NCBI GenBank assembly: GCA_049724395.1
Contig: JAUGWO010000091.1
Span: forward strand, 124,001-188,000
Source of the DNA: Spongospora subterranea f. sp. subterranea
Lineage: Eukaryota
Direction: 5' to 3'
DNA length: 64,000 nt
Made by a program: the position numbers and the translations under genes. Positions 52,096 through 62,226 of this stretch are shown piece after piece. Numbering within the stretch: the first letter of the stretch is position 1; every line of letters starts with the position of its first letter. The notes beneath the pieces were generated by a model. That model was not told the DNA's origin. It saw only the letters and a list, made by a program, of their open reading frames with translations, and did no database searches.

Positions 52096-53394
52096 TCAGC
52101 ACATGAAAGAAGCACAATCAGGCAAGATACTGTTGAGTGCGTTATATTGAGCAGCGTCAGCGTCACCCATCAAGAAATCGGGACTGAAGTCGAAATTGTA
52201 ATGCTCGTCAAAGAGTGTTTTGATGCATTGAAGAACATATTCACAATCGGCTTGTCGCCTTTGTGAGCAGAGACTTAACGCTAGCAAATTTCATTTGCCG
52301 GAAAAATCCGAGTATTCAACAACAAACAGTGAGTATGCATTCCTGTTCGTTTCGAAAGTCGTATCAACGTGGCAAATAACCTTGATCTCCGGGTGCCGTT
52401 CATTCACCATAACAAAGGCACAGAGTAGACTCAGACCTGCGACGATTCTATCAATATCCAGTGTATAATCCAACGAGCTAACCTAACATATCCGGAACGG
52501 GTCTGCATCTGAACCAACGCCAATTGAGATTAGACCTTCGGCGCTCATCATAGCCGAACGCGAAAGGCTGGTTATCATTCAGATTATCCCAATTTTTCAG
52601 CGATTTTAAGGCTGTCAATTTTTGCTAGCACAACATCAGTAGTGTTCACATGGCCTTCTTGTAGCCGAATTCTTTTCACAACATTCTGTATTTGATGCAA
52701 ACTTGGCATCGGTACCCTCTCAAATTCCCCAAACTCCAGGGCCATACAGCACCTGGTAAGATGCTTTTGTAATAACTTCGGCGTCCGTCTGGGATCGTCG
52801 TGCAGAAGTGAAGCGATTTTTCTTTTCATAGGCGTTGTAACCTAAAACTCAACTTAATAAACACCAGTTCAACGACAACTCCAATGCGTCCGATTGCCTT
52901 AGACTTGCACGGGGAGCGAGCATCATTTTCCTCCATATCGGCAAGGTGAAGTCCTTGCTAGAAGATTTCCGGCTTTCCATCTATCTGGCATGTGTTGATC
53001 GCATATTTTACCCCCACAGAACATGTTCTCTTGGTCGACAATTTCGGCAAAGCAACATGAAGATGTACATCGCGCGTACCTTTTTCGCATTGTGTGTGAG
53101 TCGACTAACCGTAAGTCGTCAGTTTCTTCGTGGACGAAATTACATTTCACCAGGTCGGATTTGAAAATACTAATGCGATGCCATGACTTTTTTGACTGCC
53201 TTCAACGCAGATGCGTCTGGAATGCCGATCTCTACAGCAAACCAATCATTGCCATTGTCAGAGACGTATTCACTAGCAGAGTCAGCCATAATCTGATCGC
53301 GTGGATGTTGGTGAACCGATCTTGGTTGTAGGCAATCCCACTCTTGGGTGTTTTCTGATCCAGGCTTGGGGTGGTCGTCGCCTCCTTGGCGCAC
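52096..53394 (-). mobile_element. Degenerate Mutator-like (MULE) transposase, 3'-truncated
   Basis: CHVDTTFETNRNAYSLFVVEYSDFSGK (first Asp), LALSLCSQ..DCEYVL, FSPDFLMGDADAAQYNAL..ASFMC (second Asp and start of CxxH); upstream TPKLL..PSLHQIQN; stops and frameshifts. Confidence 0.85.
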
Positions 53395-53899
53395 GTTTTC
53401 ATTTGGTTGCCAAAGACCCTATTCCAGGTTCGTGATAATCCTCAGTGTGGCTGGTTACAACCCTACCTTGGACATACTAAAATTAGGGTGACCAGTGCTT
53501 TTTCTCCAACATTCGGACACCGGCTGACGACAGCTGAAACGCTGGCCGTTTACCATGGCCAAAATTAGGATATCGGTCCTATAGGGATATTGCTGCCCTT
53601 GGAGTGTTTGGCCTGTATTTGAGAGAATAACAAATGTGTGCTATGCTCGCCGTGATCAAATGGGACCCATCGGCAAGCATTATGCTCCCGGTCGACTTCC
53701 CAGAGTTTCAATCTCGTCAAGTTTCGCAGTTTCGAAACCATATCAGGGGCAAGCCTCAATGTTCTTGACAAGTTACCTGATCGGATCACACCAATACACG
53801 TGATCGTTATAGCTCCCATAGCCGATGCAGTTGCTAACAAATCGACGTTTAGCATTGACGCACGCTTGTGCATTCATGCAAGGTTTCCCGTTCTTGGCA

Positions 53900-55290
53900 T
53901 AGAACTCCTCGACTCTGGGGAGCTCGATTTCGAAAAATAACTGCCATAAATGGCAAATGCAACGTCATGGCCACCGCGGCCCTCAGAATTCCAACAATCA
54001 CGCCAGTCTTCCACATCAGCAGACCAGGCACGCAGACCACTTTTCTAATTGCCTAAAAAATGCCTTCTGTTCTCGAGCAGGCAATCTTCTATCTGGTGTA
54101 TAAACCGTCCCGCGCTTGATCTGGACATGCCCTTTGAAGTGTCCAGCCATCCCCGATATGTCTTATTTAATGGATGTAGAGCTGCTGCCTAATTTTTTCC
54201 TCGAGAAGCCATGATACTGTCCTCGAGAAGCCATGATAACTCGAGCCGGATCCTCTTCTACGCCTTCTTGGTCAACAACGTTCCTCCGTGTTTGCCAGCG
54301 ATTTTTTGTGGCTTCTCGAGGTACAGAAGTCGGGTAGCAGTTTTCCATTGTCTGACTTTTGCACTGTAAAGCCGTCGAATCTGATCCTTGGATCCGCCAC
54401 CGAATTCAGCCATTCTTGCGGCAGTGTGAGTCGTGGCGTTAACATCAATTCAACGGACAGGAACGCGGGATCTATTGACTCTTTATTGATTTCATAATCG
54501 AGGTGCCGTCAGGTTCCTGCCAAACTTTAACAACCTCCTATCAAACCAGTCTTCCCCCATGCCTAATGCAGTAAACGGCTCACTGTCAACGTGAAATTGC
54601 CAGAACAGGCAAACACCCCAAGGACAAATTTGAACGTGTTTTATTCCAGCGAACCCTCCAAGTCTTAGCCCCATAGTGGTTTGTTTTCCTAGAGCATAGA
54701 ACGGTCGGCGCTATGTGGAAGTACCTGAAACTCATGTATGGGACACCGTCTCTGTTAGCTGTGGCCATATAACTCTTGTTTGAGTCTAGCCGCCGCTACC
54801 AGAGACGCTGCCCCACACATGAATTTCAAGTGCTTGTAGCGCCGACCGTTTTGGCGGCAATTTTCACTTCCGGATAGATAAATAACCTTTCCTTCTTTAA
54901 CTGCATAGAGTGCGAATCTGTAAATCCAGATTCCGAACCGTTTCAACCCGAAGAAGTGCATAATGCGACATGATAAGCACCCAAATTCTTGAGATACTGC
55001 TCGTAATTTCTCAATTTTTTCGTCAGAAATGTGTAGCAATAGTGGCAATCTTCTCGATGGTCGTCATAATCCCGCGATCAATGTTAAACGGTTATCGGCG
55101 ATGCTGCAGAGTCTCATCGTCAGCGTTAGTTGTCAACTGCATCTCGATTACGTGGACTCGGATGGGAATACGTCGTCATGACGTTCTGTTGCAGCCGCAG
55201 TACAATAGGCAATGGCCTTCCCGATCATACCAAACGACCGCCTTTTCGCTTCTTTGAATGATTGTTGATGATGTGATCATTCCGGGAATG
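53900..55290 (-). mobile_element. Degenerate Crypton-like tyrosine-recombinase (Ndc10/Cbf2 domain II-type) element
   Basis: Across frames: KTNHYG, GGFAGIKHVQICPWG..LFWQFHVDSEPF..DWFDRRLLK, TTHTAARMAEFGGGSKDQIRR, MENCYPTSVPREA (catalytic Tyr region). Confidence 0.7.
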
Positions 55291-55792
55291 AATGCAATCT
55301 GTCAACGGCTTTGACAGCGCACCATTGTTGGAATTCCGCATTTCGACTTGTATTAGGGGCCTTTGTTGAATTTTTTAGGGCGGATTAGGGTACTTCGCTG
55401 ATGCACCGGTAATATCGACTCGCTCTCTCAATAATTTAGTAATGAGATACGGTGAACAGGTCTGTATGAAGGCGATCAGAGATAGTGATGGGCGAGGCCA
55501 AAACTCGCTGCCATTCAAGTAATTATCCCATGAAAACCCACGTCCGACTAGATGTATATATCGATTTGAACAATACAATTCTCTTTATCCAGTTTGGGAT
55601 AGGTTGATGATTATTCAATGCGATAACCTTACGCCTCATAAATACTATGAAGATCCCCAGAGCCCGTCAAATAAACCACCTTGATCATCGTTGCCGCGCC
55701 ATAGGGACCCAATCCGTACTGTACCGAATTGACCATAGTCTTCAGTCCAAATTAACACTGACAAGGTAGTCGGGCAAAAGCCAAAAACGGTC

Positions 55793-57183
55793 ATGGCAAT
55801 CAAGGCGAAATCCCGTTCTGATAGCGCTTCACCTAGCGCCATGTAGGAGGTTCCTTTACCGCAACACCTCCTCCGCTGAAAATGCTTTTAGCCCTCCTCA
55901 GAATGTCATGTTCGATCGTCGCGTTTGTCGCGGAACGACCTTCAAGCATCGGCCGTCGACCGCTGCCGGCCCAGGTAGGAATGGGATGGAATTATCGCCT
56001 TTGAAGAGATATGAACGGACTGGTTCCCAGAGAAAAAACCGCCGAGGCGGTCGAAGACAAGACTGGAAGGGGAGATTTCAGATCGACCATTTTCACCAGA
56101 TCGCGCCATAACACCCGAACCGGTTCCCGGCAGAAGACACACTCAGATTCAGACGAAACCTTACGTGGAGATGTTGACCGATGGTTCACAGAACAAACCA
56201 CAAGCAATTCAGACCGATGATCTGAACGACGTTCCCGACCTCCCGCTGTTTATTCCCAAATCTCTCGGGGAATCGAAATACACTGAAATTTTGCCTGGGG
56301 AGATGTTCGATTTCGATTCCGAAGTGGAACCAACGGTGGAGGTACTGGTCGGCAAAACCATCGATCTGGCGATGATGGACGTCATCGAGGAGACCGAGTT
56401 GTTGTGGATGGCTCGCCACCAGTCGCAATTCGAACAGATCAGGAGCGTTGAACTGGCCGAGATGCAGCGCCTGGAAGCGCGGGAGAAGCGCATCGATGAC
56501 GAAAAACATCGGCGACTGACCCAGCAACGGGAACGTCAACGCAAAGAGATTCAGTTAGCGAAGAAAACCGCCGCCAGAACTGTGGCAAAACATTCCTTGC
56601 ACAGTTAGTTGGATTGAAAAATTGTTCTGAAAACTGGGGGACTCTTCGAGTTTTTATATAATTACGTTGAAATGGCATTTTCGGAGACAATGTTAGGGAT
56701 GTTGTCAAAGTGAGGTGATGTTCACCGTTCTGGATAGGTTTAGAGACGGCCGTTATCGATAAGCTGAAGTCGAAAGGCGTATTGGCGAACCCGGTGGCGC
56801 ATGAAGTCGAGTACGGGTTCATGCCTTGGCTAACTGATGAGACTTCGATACGTGTTGAGCAAGATCAAACAGCCAAAGAGGTCGTTTTTTCAAACACTTT
56901 CTTAGACCCGTGTTTCCAAGTTATTCCTTTATGCTGACAATTCGATATGGAATGTCGCCATGACGTTGATAGCGATTTGATTTAGTTGATGGCGGACCTC
57001 AGCAGAGATGCGATATGGAGAGAGGCGATATCATCACAGACCATTCTGGATGAGCGGAAGGAGTTGCTCGCCGGGATACAGCAACAGCGGCGGATGACCC
57101 ATGCCCCAGAACAGCAGGTCCTCAGCGAAATCGAGACCGTGTCTGACAATATCGCCTCGCATAAAGAGCAAGATCAGGAATAA
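55793..57183 (+). CDS. RSP3: Flagellar radial spoke protein 3; 5' end uncertain
   Basis: NVMFDRRVCRGTTF, IQTDDL..PLFIPKSLGESKYTEILPGEMFDFDSEVEPTVEVLVGKTIDLAMMDVIEETEL, ELAEMQRLE..EKHRR, EVEYGFMPWL. Confidence 0.93.
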
Positions 57184-58164
57184 ATGGCCATTCCAATTAC
57201 TTAAATTGCACTTGAGTATCGTCGAAGACTCCAAATATATCCAACTCCGTTAATCCAAGCACACAAAAATTCGAAATGGGAACGATATTGGACCGACATA
57301 ATTTATGGCCGGGGTAGATTTGTTTTTATTTTAACTGCAGCTGTAATGTCCACGAGGCGATGTGTGGTCCTGTGCTTTGCAGTCGCCATTTCGGATAAGT
57401 TCGCGGAGACGGAACCCCGTCGGCTTCTTCTGCCCAATCTGGCAAGGCTCTGAATCAGCTCTTGGCCTTACGACCGAGGTACATATAAGGTCTTCTCGCG
57501 ACGACTAACCGCGCGCCAACTTGCGGAACCGAAAGCCGAGGGAGAACGCGCCCTGAAGAGGCTACCCAGTTCAGCGGCAATGTTTTTCTCGAGGCAGTCC
57601 GAGTCCGGTAATCTCTAATCTTATTCCTAGATATTTGCACGAGCTTCGTATGATTCAGCTTCATTTCGGTAAACCATAGTGTTCTGTCCATTATACGTCT
57701 ACCATGAAAAAATAAAAGCGAAAAGTGGCCAAATGGTTGTGCAAGGACTCGTGGCGAGTTCGTCGTGCTGATGGTTGGCAATGGTTCGTACATAAAAACA
57801 GCAGTATTATCTATGTGTGAGCGGCCCGCTGATTAGCGGCGGCGTTTTGAACAATAAGCCCGTGTCGATTGCGAATGTTATCGATTCGTTCCGACGCCCC
57901 ATTACCCGTTTTCTGTCACTGATCAAGGTGGCCCTGGAATATCGGAAATCGTCAACAGTCGACTGGCAGGTAAAATAGTAAAAAGTGATGGGAATCTCGA
58001 CTTTGATCTGATCTCACATACAGGCAGTTCAAAAGTCCATGACGATGACGCGGAATCGGCCGCGGTGGGCGAGGCTGCGGTCTTGTTCTTACCGCGCGCA
58101 TTTTCTGCGTATCGATTATCGACAAGTGCGAAGGCATTTTCCGACCCGTGGTCACACTTTTGAT

Positions 58165-60541
58165 TAGGGGTGGGCACATTTCGGTTAAAGTCCGGAGTTA
58201 ACCGGTTAACCTACGGTCCCGGTTAACCGGTTAACGCTTTTTTTGTAACCGGTTAACCGCCCGGTTAACCGGTCAAATCTTGCAAAAATAGAAGTTGGAT
58301 TTTCTGAACCCAACGCCTTATTCAGACTATGTAGGTCACCCCTAATATCGTTAAAACTTTCGTACGGCATTTTTCTGACCTCGCAATTAGCAATCGGCAA
58401 TCACTAGTCAATACACACCATTTTTCAATTAATTTTGTCTACTGTATATCTTTCAACTGCCTTGCTTCAATAATGAGTGATTCCTATTCCCTCGATCGTA
58501 GTAGCTGTTCTTCCAATTCAGATTTGGAGACTTTGCCCACTGATGGTGCTATTACTGTTCCATCGCAAACAGTAACTTCAAAGGTTACCATGACTGTGGT
58601 CGTAAGCGCAAATTATCTGCCAACTCTTCTTGGATTTGGAATTATTTTGAAAAACGCGATACTGGCATCATCTGCTCTCAGTGTCCCAGCAAAAAGCGAA
58701 AGATCTATTCTATCAGAACCGGAAATAGCTTGTTTAAACGTCATCTTGAGGTCGCCCACAAACTCAAGCAAGATGGCAAAACAGGTGATCCCAACCAGAG
58801 TACTCTGGATGTAACTGGTAATGTGGTGGATCCTCTGGCGATGGATGATGAAAAGAAGGCGGAACTGCTGAAATCTTTGGTGGAGTTTGTTGTTGATAAC
58901 AAGCAACCCTTCCGTTTGGTTGAGTCCAAGTCGTTTGCAATCTTCTGCAGCAAAATGAACCGCAGATTTATCTTGCCTAGCCGTCGTACTTTCGTGAGGT
59001 CCTTGCATGACGAATATGCAGAAGCCCTGCAAAGCTTTTTGTTACATATCGAGCGCATTCCTGGCCAAGTAGCACTCACGTTAGATGGATGGTCTTCAAG
59101 AGTCATGAAGGGGTATTTGGTTATCACAATGCACTGGATAGACGAAAGATGGCGCTTGAAAAATGCTGTATTGGAATTTAAATATTTTCCTCGTCCTCAT
59201 AACCAGCATACCACAAGTGACTTGATAATCACGATTTTGAAGGAATTTAATATCCATACAAAAGTTCGCGCGATCACGTCGGATAGTGGTGGCGAGATGG
59301 TTCCAGCCATCAAACTTGTTCACTCCTATCTCCAGCGTGAGTTGGCGTTAAATTTCTGCAGTACAATCGACTTTCATATGCGCTGTGTTTGCCATGTGAT
59401 AAACCGAGCTGTTGTTGACGCGACTGCGCTAATCAAACGTGAGGTTTCATTGCTCCGAGATCTGCTGAAGATGGTTCGAGGTTCAGGGATGATCCGTCAA
59501 AAATATGCTGATCTCAGTGTAGTGCTTGGTCGGGCAACAAAGCAAGTTGTGCCGAATCTAGATGTCGAAACTAGATGGAACTCTATGTTCTTGATGGTTG
59601 AAGATTCCTTCAAGAATAAAGACATTTTGGAGGCTATCTGCAATCAAGAGGAGTTCCTGGACAAGCTTGGGCCGTTGAAATTGTCAGACATGGATTGGCG
59701 CATTCTCAAATCCTGCAAAGATTTCCTGTCTTCGGCGTATCAGTGCACAAAGGCTGCAAGTGGTCAAAATTTCGTCACGCTTGCCATGCAGCCATTGATC
59801 TACTCGCATCTAAAAAGCCTATGTGAGTCTACCATTTCAGGCACTACAACTACAGGGTTCACAACCCCCAAAGTTAGAGCTGCGACAGAGGCGATGCTAT
59901 ACAAGCTTGAGAAGTATTCCGGGAACCTGAACAACAACACGGCTACCATCGCTTTGTTCTTGGATCCAAGACGAAGCAGCTCTGATGCGTCTGAGGAAAC
60001 GAAGCGATTAATCCGAGAAATCTTAGCTACTGATTATGGTTATTTGCCTGTTCAGCAGGAGGACATGGACTCAACAGCATTCAATCTGTTTGCTTCCCTG
60101 TCGGACCCACAGCAGGACGTTGTCACGGATGAAGTGGAAGACTTCTGCTTCATGACTTTGAAGGCCGATAAGTCGTGTAAATGTCCAGTCGCGTGGTGGA
60201 AGCAGCAGACTGGGCGCTTCCCGAAACTAAGCCTTCTGGCTCGTGATACTCTGATGATAATGGGGTCGTCTGTCGCTTCGGAATCAGCCTTCTCTGATTC
60301 TGGTGATTTTGTTAGTGCCGATCGCACAATGTTATCTGACGAGAACATAACGGTGATGATGAAATTACGGTCGTGGAACCGTTTGATCGGCAAGTTTGAT
60401 TAAATAAATATATTTATGGAGTTTGTCGTTAAATTTTAAATTAACCGGTTAACTGTTTGGTTAACCGGTTAATTAACTGGTTAACCGGTCCGGTGTTTTT
60501 TTGGGACCGGTTAACCATTGACCGACTTGTGCCCACCCCTA
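58165..60541 (+). mobile_element. Complete hAT DNA transposon (2377 bp) with perfect TIRs and 8-bp TSD
   Basis: TIR TAGGGGTGGGCACA at 58165 and TGTGCCCACCCCTA ending 60541; TSD CTTTTGAT at 58157-58164 and 60542-60549; subterminal GGTTAACC arrays at both ends. Confidence 0.97.
58473..60403 (+). CDS. hAT transposase (BED zinc finger, DDE core, C-terminal dimerisation domain)
   Basis: Frame open from 58544: BED WIWNYF..CSQC..FKRHLEVAH; LTLDGWSS, ITSDSG, RCVCHVIN, VETRWNS, WWKQQTGRFPKLSLLARDTL, SVASESAFS. ATG at 58473 is in another frame, so an intron or indel is needed. Confidence 0.92.
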
Positions 60542-60602
60542 CTTTTGATTATGGCGTGGCAGGTCGGTCACGGCCATTGAGGAGGGTTACCGAGGGTGCC
60601 CA

Positions 60603-60757
60603 AATTCGAAATTTATTTCAAAAAAAATTACGCCTGATGTTGTTCCAGTAGTTGATGGTTTAGTCGATCCAGTAGTTGATGGTTCAATCGATCCAGTAGT
60701 TGATGATTTAGTTGATCCTGCCGAATTCGAAATTTATTTCAAATAAAATTACGCCTG
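60603..60757. repeat. 34-bp direct repeats flanking three 24-bp tandem units
   Basis: AATTCGAAATTTATTTCAAA(A/T)AAAATTACGCCTG at 60603-60636 and 60724-60757; TCCAGTAGTTGATG(G/A)TT(T/C)A(G/A)T(C/T)GA x3 from 60644. Confidence 0.85.
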
Positions 60758-61308
60758 GTTATTTTTATTGGTTGCGACACAGGCCTGCTTGGTTTGACCT
60801 CTCTGTCACTGTTCTGCCAATGCCCATATTGCGCCCGGCTGACGCAAATGATTAACGAGCTGGATTGGAGGATCCCGAGTTAACAACCATAGTGCGTGAC
60901 AGAAATTTATACAACTGCGGTTTGGTAAACTTCAGCAATTAAGATCCAGATTTGGGGTACTGTATTTTGCAAATTTAGGCGAAAAAAGTAGTGCGCCACC
61001 TGCAGAGCATTGACTACCAATGCTTTTAATGGTGCTGGTGATCCCAAATCTTTTGCCGTTGATAAGTGGATCTGCGTGACCACATGGGAAATGCGTACGT
61101 GGGATAAGTAAACGTCACCATTCATCCACGACTCAAAGGGAAAAAGGGATGAAACATAAGCACTTAACACCCGTCAGCCGTCGGGATTAAGTCCGCCAAG
61201 TCATGATCAGTCCGACAATCATGGTTAGCAAATTAAGGAAATTGCGAAAGCGGAGTTGAATATCGCGTCCCAAGGTTGCGCCATTCAACAAATTCAAGCC
61301 AGTATAAA

Positions 61309-62000
61309 ATGGACGGAGACGCGTTGGCAGACGATTTGCTGGACCGATTCCGATTCGGCGATCTGGGAGGAGAACTGATGGAGCAGAATGGCGTCTGCGG
61401 CTCCGAACAAAAAGATGTGTTCACTTTTGGCCTAGAGGCCTTCGGTGGGCCGATGGAAGAACCGCAAAATGACGACCGCAACCTGATGGAGTCGCTGATA
61501 CTGAATGGCGACGCATTCGAGGATGGAAACACCGATCTTCGACTGCTAACATCGCAGATGGCGGAATTTTCAGATTCGACACCGAAGTTCCCAGACACGC
61601 CATGGCAAGCGTCGGCAATGGAGGCCGCCCCATTAGATGAAAAATCATCGGGACATTCTTCAATAATGTTGCCAAAAGTGCAAATGCCGAGACGTACCAC
61701 GCATCATCACCATCACAATCATCCGTTCGATCCAACCGCACATCCTTTCACCTGGTTGCGGGTTGGAGATCCGGTCCGTCGCAGGAAAATTGAAAGGTGG
61801 AAGAAAAAACGCGACCGAATACGTTCCGGACAAACTACAAAACACGTTTATGACGTGAGGGTTCAACACGCCATAAAACGGCCGCGAACAGGGTTTGTAA
61901 TTACGTTGTTTTTATTGGGTAAATCGTAATAGTTTGTTGCAGCGGTCGGTTCGTATCGGCTGCGTCGGTCGATGCAATTGCATCAGGAACGACAGCCTAG
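61309..62000 (+). CDS. CCT-domain protein (acidic N-terminus, His tract), 2 exons
   Basis: RRRKIERWKKKRDR..KHVYDVRVQHAIKRPRT/GGRFV after removing a ~49-nt intron; matches the CCT consensus R..RY..KR..Y..R...A..RPR.GRF. Confidence 0.8.
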
Positions 62001-62226
62001 AAATTTACTGCCAAGAAGATGTCGGCGGCAAAATCAATATTCGACGGTGAAGTCTGTTGATTTCGAAACATGCTGACGTTCAAACGCTCAGAGAAACATC
62101 TTTGTTGTAAGATGATAGTATAACAACGCAATTATATATATTATTAATACAGTACACATTTTGCTTATATGAATCTGCATCAGCTACAGAATTCGTAATA
62201 CCAATATTTTTCTGAAATAGTGAAGG

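Noticed and set aside
54199..54247. Tandem duplication CCTCGAGAAGCCATGATA x2 (and AACATGAGGTC x2 near 17252)
   Set aside because: Ordinary slippage duplications within decayed sequence.
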